A stretch of DNA of 64,000 bases from Escherichia phage moha. The stretch is taken from the sequence record MN850590.1; one strand, given 5' to 3'. Positions 28,072 to 40,392 of this stretch are shown here, piece by piece; positions within the stretch are counted from its first letter, which is position 1, and each line of letters opens with the position of its first letter. Position numbers and translations under genes: made by a program. The notes beneath the pieces were generated by a model. The model was not told where the DNA came from, ran no database searches, and saw nothing but the letters and a program-made list of their open reading frames with translations.

Positions 28072-28971
28072 ATGTTTAAACGTAAAAGTACCGCAGACCT
28101 CGCAGCTCAGATGGCTAAACTGAATGGTAACAAAGGTTTCTCTTCAGAAGATAAAGGTGAATGGAAGCTGAAACTCGATGCATCCGGTAATGGTCAAGCG
28201 GTAATTCGTTTCCTGCCGGCAAAAACAGATGACGCACTTCCGTTTACAATTCTTGTTAACCACGGGTTCAAGAAAAATGGCAAATGGTATATTGAAACCT
28301 GTTCATCTACACACGGCGATTATGACTCTTGTCCTGTATGTCAGTACATTAGTAAAAATGACCTGTACAATACCAACAAAACTGAATATTCTCAACTGAA
28401 ACGTAAAACTTCTTATTGGGCTAATATTCTGGTTGTTAAAGACCCTCAAGCTCCAGATAATGAAGGTAAAGTATTCAAATATCGTTTCGGTAAAAAGATT
28501 TGGGACAAAATCAATGCAATGATTGCAGTCGATACTGAAATGGGTGAAACTCCTGTTGATGTAACTTGCCCATGGGAAGGTGCTAACTTTGTGCTGAAAG
28601 TTAAACAGGTTTCTGGTTTCAGTAACTACGACGAATCTAAATTCCTGAATCAATCTGCGATTCCAAACATTGATGATGAATCTTTCCAGAAAGAATTGTT
28701 CGAACAAATGGTTGACCTTTCTGAAATGACTTCTAAAGATAAGTTCAAATCGTTTGAAGAATTGAATACTAAATTTAATCAAGTTCTTGGTACTGCCGCT
28801 CTTGGTGGTGCAGCAGCTGCCGCAGCTTCTGTTGCAGATAAAGTTGCTTCTGACCTTGACGATTTTGATAAAGACATGGAAGCCTTTAGTTCTGCAAAAA
28901 CTGAAGATGACTTCATGAGTTCCTCGTCTTCTGACGATGGCGATCTCGATGACCTGTTAGCTGGTCTATAA
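28072..28971 (+). CDS. 32: ssDNA-binding protein gp32
   Basis: 299 aa; Zn-site C..H..C..C ([14 protein letters not shown]); acidic C-terminal tail; matches T4 gp32. Confidence 0.95.
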   Translation: MFKRKSTADLAAQMAKLNGNKGFSSEDKGEWKLKLDASGNGQAVIRFLPAKTDDALPFTILVNHGFKKNGKWYIETCSSTHGDYDSCPVCQYISKNDLYNTNKTEYSQLKRKTSYWANILVVKDPQAPDNEGKVFKYRFGKKIWDKINAMIAVDTEMGETPVDVTCPWEGANFVLKVKQVSGFSNYDESKFLNQSAIPNIDDESFQKELFEQMVDLSEMTSKDKFKSFEELNTKFNQVLGTAALGGAAAAAASVADKVASDLDDFDKDMEAFSSAKTEDDFMSSSSSDDGDLDDLLAGL

Positions 28972-28977
28972 TAAATT

Positions 28978-29000
28978 GGGAGACTTCGGTCTCCCTTTTG
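28978..29000 (+). terminator. intrinsic terminator after gene 32
   Basis: GGGAGAC-TTCG-GTCTCCC then TTTTG. Confidence 0.7.
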
Positions 29001-29026
29001 AGTATCTGTAAATTGCCGAAAAAGTT

Positions 29027-29055
29027 GTTTACTTCTTACCTGGATGTGTTAGTAT
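29027..29055 (+). promoter_or_regulatory. early promoter: -35 GTTTAC, -10 TGtTAGTAT
   Basis: GTTTAC 29027-29032, TAGTAT 29050-29055. Confidence 0.5.
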
Positions 29056-29084
29056 AGACCTATCAACAACATGAGGAAATCAAA

Positions 29085-29477
29085 ATGGAAATCGGAAAAT
29101 CTTATATCATTAACCCTTTGTTTAAAGACGACTTTGTTCAAGAAGCACCACACAATAACGCTAAGATGTTAAAATTGATTGAACTCCACGGGCCTAGTTT
29201 TGTTGTAAACGGAATGGAACCTGATTATGATAGCGATACGCTAAACGTAGTAAGTGTAACTATGGAAGATGGTACTGTATGTTCTGCTGGTGGTGAAATT
29301 GAAACTTATTTTGAGATTTATCATGATGAGTTCAAATACTTTACTGAGGTAGATTTAGTAAAGCCTCAACCTACTAACGAAGGTGTAACTTTAGGTGTAA
29401 CAAAAATCCATTGTATCGTAGATGAAACTAACGTCGACGAAATCATCAAACTTTTGCAAAAAACTTTTAAAAAGTAG
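29085..29477 (+). CDS. hypothetical protein (frd.3-position)
   Basis: 130 aa ORF with GAGGAA RBS and early promoter. Confidence 0.55.
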   Translation: MEIGKSYIINPLFKDDFVQEAPHNNAKMLKLIELHGPSFVVNGMEPDYDSDTLNVVSVTMEDGTVCSAGGEIETYFEIYHDEFKYFTEVDLVKPQPTNEGVTLGVTKIHCIVDETNVDEIIKLLQKTFKK

Positions 29478-29540
29478 TTTATAACAAGATAGGGCTACTA
29501 TAACATAGCCCTATCAAATAAAAGTGAAGAGGAGAATAAA

Positions 29541-29789
29541 ATGAGATTGCAACGCCAGAGCATCAAAGATTCAGAAGTTAGAGGTAAATGGTACTTCAAC
29601 ATTGTCGGTAAAGACGCTGAACTCCTTGAACAAGCTGAAGAAGCTTTACGTGAAATGGGTTGGAACGAAGAATGTGATGGATGTCCACTCTACGAAGATG
29701 GTGAAAGTGCAGGATTCTGGATTTGCCACTCTGATGTTGAAATGTTCAAAGCCGATTGGAAAGTTGTTAAGAAAAATCTGAGGAAATAA
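29541..29789 (+). CDS. hypothetical protein
   Basis: 82 aa ORF, GAGGAG RBS. Confidence 0.55.
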   Translation: MRLQRQSIKDSEVRGKWYFNIVGKDAELLEQAEEALREMGWNEECDGCPLYEDGESAGFWICHSDVEMFKADWKVVKKNLRK

Positions 29790-29791
29790 TT

Positions 29792-30040
29792 ATGAATGTT
29801 GTTGTTGAATACTCTCAAGGCGCTGATGTCGGATATGAAGTTTATACTTCAGTTAATTTAGACCATCCGGATTTAGCCGAATTCATTGGTGACGCATTTG
29901 ATTTGTCTGGGCGATACACAACAAAACCCCGTGTTTGTGTTACAACATTTGACCAAACCGATGGTTTGGAAATTCAGACAGAACTAGTTTCGTCTAAATC
30001 ACAAATCCAAAAAGTTATTAAAGGACTTAAAAATGCTTAA
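29792..30040 (+). CDS. hypothetical protein
   Basis: 82 aa ORF. Confidence 0.5.
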   Translation: MNVVVEYSQGADVGYEVYTSVNLDHPDLAEFIGDAFDLSGRYTTKPRVCVTTFDQTDGLEIQTELVSSKSQIQKVIKGLKNA

Positions 30041-30620
30041 ATTAGTATTCGCATGCGCACCATCTAAAACAGTTGATGATAAACTGGAATATGCTTTTGG
30101 ATTAGGTGATGGACTTCCATGGAAGCATATCAAACAAGATATGAGTAACTTTGTTGCTCGCACTAAAAACACTGTAATGGTTATGGGTGCTAAGACTTTT
30201 GCATCATTACCTCGTCTACTCCCAGATCGTACTCATGTGGTTGTCACTGATATGGCCAGAAAACTGCCTAGGACTAAAACTGATGAACTTGCACGGTTCT
30301 ATATCACCCAATCTGAATTTATTACCTTGGTAACAGGTGGTGAAATTAACCTGTTTAGCCCTGCAACTGATGTACCGTTTAAACTTTCTACTGAACATGT
30401 TAATGTATCTGTTATCGGCGGTCCTGCTCTACTTAAACAAGCACTGCCTTATGCCGATGAAATCGTGATGACTAAAATCATTAAGAAATGTCGTGTTAAT
30501 TCCGATGTTCAACTTGATAAAGATTTCATCCAAGATATTATGCTTCAACGTTCTATGGTAGAATCTCATTACTACAGAATCGATGAACTCACCGAAATTA
30601 CTGAGAGCGTTTATAAATGA
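30033..30620 (+). CDS. frd: dihydrofolate reductase
   Basis: 195 aa (T4 Frd 193 aa); DHFR-like N-terminus, C-terminus ...LTESVYK as recalled for T4. Confidence 0.85.
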   Translation: MLKLVFACAPSKTVDDKLEYAFGLGDGLPWKHIKQDMSNFVARTKNTVMVMGAKTFASLPRLLPDRTHVVVTDMARKLPRTKTDELARFYITQSEFITLVTGGEINLFSPATDVPFKLSTEHVNVSVIGGPALLKQALPYADEIVMTKIIKKCRVNSDVQLDKDFIQDIMLQRSMVESHYYRIDELTEITESVYK

Positions 30621-31477
30621 AACAATACCAATACCTGATTAAAGATATCTTAGAAAATGGCTACGAAACAGACGACCGTACAGGTACCGGCACTATTGCC
30701 CTGTTCGGAACTAAATTACGTTGGGATCTGACTAAAGGATTCCCTGCAGTAACAACTAAGAAATTAGCATGGAAAGCTTGTATTGCCGAGTTACTGTGGT
30801 TCATGTCTGGTTCTACCAATGTTAATGATTTGCGTATTCGTACTCATGGTAGTCTTATTCAAGGTAAAACTATTTGGGACGACAACTATGAAAATCAGGC
30901 AAAAGACCTTGGATATCATAGCGGCGAACTTGGTCCTATTTATGGTAAGCAATGGCGTGATTTTGGTGGTGTAGACCAATTGGTCAAAACTATCGACCGT
31001 ATTAAAGCTCTTCCTAATGATCGTCGTCAAATAGTTTCTGCATGGAACCCTGCCGAAATTGACCAAATGGCTCTTCCTCCTTGTCATATGTTCTATCAAT
31101 TTAATGTGCGTAATGGACATCTTGATTTACAATGGTATCAACGCAGTGTAGATGTTTTCTTGGGCCTGCCGTTCAACATTGCCTCGTACGCTGCCTTGAC
31201 GCATATTGTAGCGAAGATGTGTAACCTTATCCCAGGTGATTTAGTGTTCTCAGGCGGCAACACGCATATCTACAGCAATCATGTAGAACAATGCAAAGAA
31301 GTTCTTCGTCGTGAACCTAAAGAGTTATGTTCTCTTGAAATTAATTGGCCTAGTAATTTTGAGAATTGGCCTACAAAAATCCAAATGGACTGGGTTACCG
31401 GAACGATGACACATTCTGATTTCGTTCTTAAAAATTACGAATCTCATCCAGCTATCAAAGCTAAAATGGCGGTATAA
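30617..31477 (+). CDS. td: thymidylate synthase (intron-less)
   Basis: 286 aa continuous; catalytic LPPCHM motif; no group I intron interruption. Confidence 0.9.
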   Translation: MKQYQYLIKDILENGYETDDRTGTGTIALFGTKLRWDLTKGFPAVTTKKLAWKACIAELLWFMSGSTNVNDLRIRTHGSLIQGKTIWDDNYENQAKDLGYHSGELGPIYGKQWRDFGGVDQLVKTIDRIKALPNDRRQIVSAWNPAEIDQMALPPCHMFYQFNVRNGHLDLQWYQRSVDVFLGLPFNIASYAALTHIVAKMCNLIPGDLVFSGGNTHIYSNHVEQCKEVLRREPKELCSLEINWPSNFENWPTKIQMDWVTGTMTHSDFVLKNYESHPAIKAKMAV

Positions 31478-31478
31478 A

Positions 31479-31733
31479 ATGATTTTACGTTTTATTAATT
31501 CATATGGCACCACAATTTTTGAAATGAAAAATCCAAGTGAACTGGATATCCCTTCACCAAATAGTGAAATCACAGTTAAAGGTGAACGATTCATTTGTTA
31601 TTCACATGAACGAATTTATGAATATCGTGAATTCTGTGGTGGATTCGGTATAGAAAAAGAACCGTTGGTTTATTTTAATATCACGGTCTTGACTCCTAAA
31701 GAATACGAAGAAATTATTGCAGAGGACATGTAA
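31479..31733 (+). CDS. hypothetical protein
   Basis: 84 aa ORF between td and nrdA. Confidence 0.5.
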   Translation: MILRFINSYGTTIFEMKNPSELDIPSPNSEITVKGERFICYSHERIYEYREFCGGFGIEKEPLVYFNITVLTPKEYEEIIAEDM

Positions 31734-32038
31734 TGAAAATGTGCCGCGTTGTGAATAAATATAAATCCGATTTTGATGTTAATATTCATCGTGGCACATT
31801 CTGGGGAAATTATGTAGGCAAGGATGCCTCTTCCCGAGAAGAAGCTATTGAGCTTTTCAAAAAGGATTTTATTAAGAGAATTAAGTGTGGAGAAATCACA
31901 AAAGCTCATCTAGAACCTTTACGTGGTATGCGTCTGGGATGCACATGTAAACCAAAAGCCTGTCATGGTGATATAATAGCTCTAGTGGTTAATAAACTTT
32001 TTAAAGACGAATTTAATATAGAGGACATATGCAAGTAA
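31733..32038 (+). CDS. hypothetical protein
   Basis: 101 aa ORF, overlaps nrdA start by 10 nt. Confidence 0.5.
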   Translation: MKMCRVVNKYKSDFDVNIHRGTFWGNYVGKDASSREEAIELFKKDFIKRIKCGEITKAHLEPLRGMRLGCTCKPKACHGDIIALVVNKLFKDEFNIEDICK

Positions 32039-34284
32039 CTAAGAGCAGTGGTGTATCACAAAATTTTGATGCACAGAAAATTATTCAAGTCTTAACTTGG
32101 CAATGTGAAGGAACACAAATTGACCCATATGAATTGTATGAAGAAATTAAGACCCATCTTGTCGATGGGATGAGTACCAAAGATATTCAGAAGATTTGTA
32201 TTAAAGTTGCAGCTAACTCGATTTCTGTCGAAGAACCTGATTATCAGTATGTCGCCGCCAAAGGGCTAATGTTTGCACTTCGTAAAGATGTATATGGCCA
32301 GTTTGAACCTCCTGCTTTTATCGACCATATTTCTTACTGTGTTAATGAAGGCAAATACGATCCTGAGTTGTTGTCTCAATATTCAGCAGAAGAAATCATT
32401 TATCTCGATTCACAGATTAAACATGAACGAGACTTTGACCTGACTTATGCTGGTGCTATGCAGCTTAAAGAAAAATATCTAGTTAAAGATAAAACAACTG
32501 GGAAGATTTATGAAACTCCACAGTTTGCTATCATGGCTATTGGCATGGCCTTACATCAAGACGAAACTCATGACCGTTTGAAACATATTATTCGTTTTTA
32601 TGACGCCGTTTCTACTCATCAAGTTTCATTGCCTACTCCAATTATGGCAGGTGCTCGTACTCCAACTCGCCAGTTCTCTAGTTGTGTAGTTATTGAAGCC
32701 GGTGATTCGTTAAAATCTATTAACAAAACTTCAGCATCAATTATTGAATATATTTCTAAACGAGCTGGTATTGGTATCAACGTTGGTATGCTTCGTGCAG
32801 AAGGTTCTAAGATCGGTATGGGTGAAGTTCGACATACAGGTGTTATTCCATTCTGGAAACATTTCCAAACTGCAGTAAAATCTTGTTCTCAAGGTGGTAT
32901 TCGCGGTGGTGCTGCTACAGCGTATTATCCGATGTGGCACTTAGAAGTAGAGAACCTATTAGTTCTGAAAAATAACAAAGGCGTGGATGAAAACCGTATT
33001 CGACATATGGACTACGGAATTCAGATTAATGACCTTATGATGGAACGCCTTGGTAAAAATGATTATATTACTTTATTTAGCCCTCACGAAATGTCAGGCG
33101 AACTATACTACTCGTTCTTTGAAGATCAAGATAAATTCCGTGAGCTTTATGAGAAAGCTGAAAAAGACCCGACAATCAGAAAGAAAAGAATCAAAGCACT
33201 AGAACTCTTTGAATTGTTCATGACTGAACGTTCTGGCACTGCTCGAATTTATCCACAGTTTGTTGATAACACGAATAACTACACTCCATTTATTCGTGAA
33301 AAAGCTCCAATTCGTCAGAGTAACTTATGTTGTGAAATCGCTATTCCAACTAATGATGTGAACGGTCCTGATGCTGAAATTGGTTTATGCACATTATCTG
33401 CTTTTGTATTAGATAAATTTGATTGGCAAGACCAAGATAAAATTAATGAACTTGCTGAAGTACAAGTACGTGCACTTGATAACCTGCTAGACTATCAAGA
33501 TTATCCGGTTCCGGAAGCTTTAAAAGCTAAAAAGCGTCGAAATCTTGGTGTTGGTGTTACGAACTATGCTGCATGGTTAGCTTCTAACTTTGCTTCATAT
33601 GAAGACGCTAACGATTTGACTCATGAATTGTTTGAGAGATTGCAATATGGCCTTATCAAAGCTTCAATCAAACTCGCCAAAGAAAAAGGATGTTGCGAGT
33701 ATTATTCAGACACTAAATGGTCTAGAGGCGAATTACCTATTGACTGGTACAATAAAAAGATTGACCAAATCGCGGCCCCGAACTACGTATGTGATTGGGA
33801 AGAACTTCGAGCTGAACTCAAAGAACATGGAATTCGTAACTCAACGTTGTCTGCACTCATGCCTTGTGAGTCAAGCAGTCAAGTATCAAACTCTACAAAC
33901 GGGATTGAACCGCCGCGTGGTCCAGTGAGTATTAAAGAATCTAAAGAAGGCAACTTCCGTCAGGTTGTTCCTAATATCGAACATAACATGGGTCTTTACG
34001 ACTACGCGTGGAAACTTGCTAAGAAAGGTAATAAACCTTATTTGACCCAAGTTGCTATCATGTTGAAATGGGTGTGCCAATCTGCTTCTGCTAATACTTA
34101 CTATGACCCTGCAGTATTTGAGAAAGGTAAAGTGCCAATGTCAGTAATGCTTGACGATCTGCTTTACTTCTGGTACTTTGGCGGAAAAAACCTCTACTAT
34201 CATAACACTCGTGATGGGTCTGGTACAGACGACTATGAATTAGAAACACCTAAAGCAGAAGATTGTTCTGCTTGTAAGCTTTAA
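32029..34284 (+). CDS. nrdA: aerobic ribonucleotide reductase large subunit
   Basis: 751 aa; active-site region SALMPCESSSQ and C-terminal CSACKL redox pair. Confidence 0.9.
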   Translation: MQVTKSSGVSQNFDAQKIIQVLTWQCEGTQIDPYELYEEIKTHLVDGMSTKDIQKICIKVAANSISVEEPDYQYVAAKGLMFALRKDVYGQFEPPAFIDHISYCVNEGKYDPELLSQYSAEEIIYLDSQIKHERDFDLTYAGAMQLKEKYLVKDKTTGKIYETPQFAIMAIGMALHQDETHDRLKHIIRFYDAVSTHQVSLPTPIMAGARTPTRQFSSCVVIEAGDSLKSINKTSASIIEYISKRAGIGINVGMLRAEGSKIGMGEVRHTGVIPFWKHFQTAVKSCSQGGIRGGAATAYYPMWHLEVENLLVLKNNKGVDENRIRHMDYGIQINDLMMERLGKNDYITLFSPHEMSGELYYSFFEDQDKFRELYEKAEKDPTIRKKRIKALELFELFMTERSGTARIYPQFVDNTNNYTPFIREKAPIRQSNLCCEIAIPTNDVNGPDAEIGLCTLSAFVLDKFDWQDQDKINELAEVQVRALDNLLDYQDYPVPEALKAKKRRNLGVGVTNYAAWLASNFASYEDANDLTHELFERLQYGLIKASIKLAKEKGCCEYYSDTKWSRGELPIDWYNKKIDQIAAPNYVCDWEELRAELKEHGIRNSTLSALMPCESSSQVSNSTNGIEPPRGPVSIKESKEGNFRQVVPNIEHNMGLYDYAWKLAKKGNKPYLTQVAIMLKWVCQSASANTYYDPAVFEKGKVPMSVMLDDLLYFWYFGGKNLYYHNTRDGSGTDDYELETPKAEDCSACKL

Positions 34285-34338
34285 GACTTTTTATTATAAT
34301 TTACTCATGGATGAGTTAATAACTAAGTGAGAAATATA

Positions 34339-35517
34339 ATGAGTACAGTTTTTAACACACAACAAGTCGATGTTTTGAATGAACCGATGTTCTTTGGTTC
34401 TGGTCTTGGCCTCGCACGGTATGATATTCAGCGTCATAAAGTTTTTGAAGAGCTTATCGAAAAGCAGCTCTCGTTCTTTTGGCGTCCCGAGGAAGTAAAC
34501 TTGATGTTGGATTCGGCCCAGTTTAATAAGCTTCCACAGTTCCAACAGGACATCTTTACCAACAACCTTAAGTATCAATCATTATTAGATTCTATCCAAG
34601 GTAGAGCACCATCTGCGGTACTTATGTCATTGCTTTCAGACCCTTCATTAGATACATGGGTTGCTACATGGACTTTCAGTGAAACTATTCACTCTCGTTC
34701 ATATACTCATATTATGCGAAATCTTTATACAGATCCATCGAAGGTGTTTGATGAGATTGTATTAGATGAAGCTATTATGAAGCGTGCCGAATCTATCGGA
34801 CGATATTATGATGATGTTCTGGTTAAAGCTCGTTATTGGGAAAACGCTAAAGCTGATATCGAATACCAAAAAGAAATTAATGCAGACGAAGACGTTATTG
34901 AAGATGCTATTGAGCATGAGACATATTGGAAGCGTGAGCTAATGAAATCTCTTTACCTCTGTTTGCACGTTATTAATGCCTTAGAAGCTATTCGTTTTTA
35001 TGTATCTTTCGCATGCACCTTTAACTTCCACAAGAATATGGAAATCATGGAAGGTAATGCCAAGATTATGAAGTTCATTGCTCGTGATGAACAGCTCCAC
35101 CTCAAGGGCACTCAATATATTATTCGTGCTTTACAAGATGGCGAAGACGGTGATGAATGGGTCAAAATTGCTCAAGAGTGTGAACAAGAAGCAGTTGATA
35201 TTTTCATGGAAGTTAACGCTCAAGAAAAAGAATGGGCTGAACACTTGTTTAAAGATGGTGCTCTTCCAGGTCTAAATGTTAAAATCCTAAGTGAATTTGT
35301 GGATTATCTTACCGTGTCTCGTATGCGTAGTTGTGGTCTGCCATGTCCTCTTAAAGACGTATCAACTCGTCATCCTATTCCATGGATTCGTGAGTATTTG
35401 AACTCTGATTTGGTTCAAGCAGCCCCACAAGAAGTTGAAATTAGTTCTTATCTTGTCGCACAAATTGATAATGATGTAGACCAAAATGTAATCAATTCAT
35501 ACAAAAAATATTTCTAA
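34339..35517 (+). CDS. nrdB: aerobic ribonucleotide reductase small subunit (intron-less)
   Basis: Listed 34327..35517; start at MSTVFN (34339) as in T4 NrdB; diiron ligand motifs; no intron. Confidence 0.9.
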   Translation: MSTVFNTQQVDVLNEPMFFGSGLGLARYDIQRHKVFEELIEKQLSFFWRPEEVNLMLDSAQFNKLPQFQQDIFTNNLKYQSLLDSIQGRAPSAVLMSLLSDPSLDTWVATWTFSETIHSRSYTHIMRNLYTDPSKVFDEIVLDEAIMKRAESIGRYYDDVLVKARYWENAKADIEYQKEINADEDVIEDAIEHETYWKRELMKSLYLCLHVINALEAIRFYVSFACTFNFHKNMEIMEGNAKIMKFIARDEQLHLKGTQYIIRALQDGEDGDEWVKIAQECEQEAVDIFMEVNAQEKEWAEHLFKDGALPGLNVKILSEFVDYLTVSRMRSCGLPCPLKDVSTRHPIPWIREYLNSDLVQAAPQEVEISSYLVAQIDNDVDQNVINSYKKYF

Positions 35518-35521
35518 GGAC

Positions 35522-35541
35522 GGGACTTCGGTCCCACTTTA
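35522..35541 (+). terminator. hairpin terminator after nrdB
   Basis: GGGAC-TTCG-GTCCC then ACTTTATT. Confidence 0.5.
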
Positions 35542-35543
35542 TT

Positions 35544-35954
35544 ATGAAAGATATCGCCGCCGAATATTCCTTTATTAAATATACAGAATTGGAGCTATTA
35601 GAAGATGCAACAATTAAAACAGTTGATGTCCCTAATAAGAAAAATGTCATATATGCTATTGCTATAGATGACGAACTTGTGTATATTGGTAAAACCAAGA
35701 ATTTAAAGAAACGCATTAACTATTATCGAACAGCCATAAATCGAAAAGACCAGACTTCAGATTCAAGAAAATCACTTATGATTTTGGATGCCTTAATGCA
35801 AGGCAAAAAGGTTGAATTCTGGGCCCGCCAATGTTTTGACCTTTCAGTCACCAACGAACTTGGTTCAATGACCATCGCAACAATGGACCTTGAAGAACCG
35901 CTTTTTATCAAAAAGTTCAACCCGCCTTGGAATATCCAACATAAGAAAAAGTAG
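35544..35954 (+). CDS. denA: endonuclease II (GIY-YIG family)
   Basis: 136 aa = T4 DenA; GIY-YIG-like VIYAIAIDDELVYIGKT; synteny after nrdB. Confidence 0.8.
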   Translation: MKDIAAEYSFIKYTELELLEDATIKTVDVPNKKNVIYAIAIDDELVYIGKTKNLKKRINYYRTAINRKDQTSDSRKSLMILDALMQGKKVEFWARQCFDLSVTNELGSMTIATMDLEEPLFIKKFNPPWNIQHKKK

Positions 35955-35983
35955 TTTACATACCACAAGGATTGTGGTACAAT
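35954..35983 (+). promoter_or_regulatory. early promoter upstream of rnlA: -35 GTTTAC, -10 TGgTACAAT
   Basis: GTTTAC 35954-35959, TACAAT 35978-35983; palindrome CCACAA/TTGTGG 35963-35977. Confidence 0.5.
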
Positions 35984-36002
35984 TTAAAAAAAAACTAACT
36001 GA

Positions 36003-37136
<1,134 letters not shown>

Positions 37137-37138
37137 TG

Positions 37139-37168
37139 GTTTACAAACACCAAGGATGGTGATACTAT
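37139..37168 (+). promoter_or_regulatory. early promoter upstream of alc: -35 GTTTAC, -10 TGaTACTAT
   Basis: GTTTAC 37139-37144, TACTAT 37163-37168. Confidence 0.45.
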
Positions 37169-37197
37169 GGGTTTATCAACAACACGAGGAGAAAATT

Positions 37198-37698
37198 ATG
37201 AATATGCAATTGATTACTAACGATATGGTCGTAAACGCTTTTGGAGACACAACTGACGGAATCCGGGTCTTTAAGAAAGGACGTCCAGTTGGTTATCTTA
37301 CTGACCTACGTGTTACACTGGCCAAAAATCTTAAAAAGAAAGTAAAACAAAAAGAGTATTCAACCCGATACGCTGAAGAGAAACGCGAAGCGATGCCAGA
37401 AGCAGTTAATGCTATGGTAGAATTTCTTCAAAACAATTTGACTAAATATGACGCTAATGTGTTCATTAATATTAGTCAACCAAACGTACATATCGCAGGT
37501 ATCAAATTCTATATTATTTGCGACCCTCTTACCGACAAATTCAACCGTCTCGGAATTTCAAGTCCATATCATACAGCAGAAGAGTTGTGTGTATTGTTTG
37601 AATCGTACAAAATCCAGTGTGATGGTTTGAAAACCGTTCTTATCAATGGATTATCCCGAGATGAAATCATTGAGATTATTAAAACATGCTTAAAGTAA
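37198..37698 (+). CDS. alc: Alc (host transcription unfolding/termination on dC-DNA)
   Basis: Listed 37156..37698; ATG 37198 has GAGGAG RBS and gives 166 aa (T4 Alc 167 aa); synteny. Confidence 0.65.
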   Translation: MNMQLITNDMVVNAFGDTTDGIRVFKKGRPVGYLTDLRVTLAKNLKKKVKQKEYSTRYAEEKREAMPEAVNAMVEFLQNNLTKYDANVFINISQPNVHIAGIKFYIICDPLTDKFNRLGISSPYHTAEELCVLFESYKIQCDGLKTVLINGLSRDEIIEIIKTCLK

Positions 37699-38042
37699 AT
37701 CCTATTTACGCTATAGTAGCAGCTTTTGCTCTAGTTTCTACGGTAACAATAGTTGTCTTAAACAACAAAGTTGATTCGTTGAATACTGAATTAGCTTCTG
37801 TCAAAGAGACTGCTAAAAACAATGCTAAAGTATTAGATGACTTCAAGGTTCAATATCAGTCAATCGAAGAAATGACTTATAAGAACCGTGTTTTAGTTGA
37901 CCAACTTAAGGCCGAAAATGAAAAGCTCCGTAAGGATTCGAAGAAGAAGAACGTGGTGGCAAGTAAGCCAGGATTGGTCGAAAAACAAATCAACAGGTCC
38001 TTCGATTCCTTTGCAGAAGACCTCAGGAAGCTCTCAGAATGA
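37686..38042 (+). CDS. i-spanin (inner-membrane spanin subunit, PseT.3-like)
   Basis: 118 aa; N-terminal TM helix then coiled-coil-like periplasmic domain; overlaps downstream lipoprotein gene. Confidence 0.7.
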   Translation: MLKVNPIYAIVAAFALVSTVTIVVLNNKVDSLNTELASVKETAKNNAKVLDDFKVQYQSIEEMTYKNRVLVDQLKAENEKLRKDSKKKNVVASKPGLVEKQINRSFDSFAEDLRKLSE

Positions 38043-38329
38043 TTAAATTAACTGTGGCTGTATTATCTATTGGTCTCCTAGTTGGATGTACTCAGGATGT
38101 GCCAGTAAGCCCTAAAGAAACTTTACATCCTTCATGGCCTACGCCTATTTCCGAATATAACCAGAAATGGCAAGTAAAGGTTATTGATGGTAACCCATGG
38201 GTTGGAATGCCGTTTGAAGACTCTCAAGAATTTCGTATCTGGTTAAACGACGTAAAAAGATATATACATGACCAGAAGACTATGTTATGTTATTATCGTA
38301 GTGGTTTAAAAGAGGAAAAATGCCAATGA
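38039..38329 (+). CDS. o-spanin (outer-membrane lipoprotein, PseT.2-like)
   Basis: 96 aa; signal peptide with lipobox LLVGC; start overlaps i-spanin stop. Confidence 0.7.
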   Translation: MIKLTVAVLSIGLLVGCTQDVPVSPKETLHPSWPTPISEYNQKWQVKVIDGNPWVGMPFEDSQEFRIWLNDVKRYIHDQKTMLCYYRSGLKEEKCQ

Positions 38330-38544
38330 CTAAAGAACAGCATGAATACATTAAAGGGCTTATCTATGAATCTGAAATGGCGGCTATGATTTATGGACGC
38401 CAGATTCAACGATTAGAATCTTTGCCTCCGACTAATGACCGCTTGTTAGTTCAGTCTCGTGCTAATCTGAAAAATGAATATCAGAATAAGTGGGCAGTAG
38501 CGACTAAAGCTCTTCATGAGTATATTGAATCTTTAGTAAAATAG
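38320..38544 (+). CDS. hypothetical protein (pseT.1-position)
   Basis: 74 aa ORF. Confidence 0.5.
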   Translation: MPMTKEQHEYIKGLIYESEMAAMIYGRQIQRLESLPPTNDRLLVQSRANLKNEYQNKWAVATKALHEYIESLVK

Positions 38545-38573
38545 TTTACAAACTCTCGGGAGCAGAGTATAAT
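38544..38573 (+). promoter_or_regulatory. early promoter: -35 GTTTAC, -10 TATAAT
   Basis: GTTTAC 38544-38549, TATAAT 38568-38573; palindrome GGAGCA/TGCTCC 38559-38578; near-copy of promoter at 10061. Confidence 0.5.
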
Positions 38574-38601
38574 GCTCCTATGGATAATTGAGGAAATCTA
38601 A

Positions 38602-38900
38602 ATGAAAACATTACTAGAGAATTACATCAAACGGTCTGATGAGTATATTGATATCTGCCGTGGAATGACACTTGTAGATTATGACAAAGATGCAGCAAAG
38701 GCACTAGATGAAGCAGGTAAAGCTCTTCGTAAAGCTGCTAAAGAAAAAGGGTTGGATTTGCAACAACTCAAAAGTCATATGATTAAATTTATTTCTTCAA
38801 ACGTTAGAAGTACGTCAATTAATAAAAACGTTGCTGAAATTAATAAAGACCGGCGCGAACTCAACATTCGTATTCTTGAAGCTTTCTTAGGAATCAAATA

Positions 38901-38901
<1 letters not shown>
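38602..38901 (+). CDS. hypothetical protein
   Basis: 99 aa ORF with GAGGAA RBS after early promoter. Confidence 0.55.
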
Positions 38902-39988
<1,087 letters not shown>

Positions 39989-40180
39989 ATGAAACGATTA
40001 TATGAAGTGATTGAGGCCATCGAACATCATAAAGAATATTTGTTTGTAGCCTGGCCTTTAGTAAATGGACAGTTCGGTATTGATGTGCTGGACTATGAGC
40101 ATGAAGAACGTTTGGACGGCGGTATATTTGATAACGTCGACCAGGCAATTGAATGGTTAAATGAAAACTATGTACGATAA
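39989..40180 (+). CDS. hypothetical protein
   Basis: 63 aa ORF. Confidence 0.45.
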   Translation: MKRLYEVIEAIEHHKEYLFVAWPLVNGQFGIDVLDYEHEERLDGGIFDNVDQAIEWLNENYVR

Positions 40181-40385
40181 ACATCATGAAATCGAAGATG
40201 AAGCATACAAAATGCTTCGTAAACTAGTGGGACTTAATATGAGTCCTACATTAATCAACAAACTCGCAGGAATTCGTAATGATCTGAATACTCGTTACAA
40301 AGGTGAATATCATGTAGAGTTTGTTCCTGTAGGTGAACCAACCGAGCGATTTGTTGTTCGAGTTAAAGTAAATACTGTGCACTGA
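40161..40385 (+). CDS. hypothetical protein
   Basis: 74 aa ORF; start may be the internal ATG at 40170. Confidence 0.45.
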   Translation: MKTMYDKHHEIEDEAYKMLRKLVGLNMSPTLINKLAGIRNDLNTRYKGEYHVEFVPVGEPTERFVVRVKVNTVH

Positions 40386-40392
40386 GGTAATT

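Noticed and set aside
35078-35275. 65-aa + strand ORF inside nrdB
   Set aside because: Out-of-frame within a gene that has conserved diiron motifs
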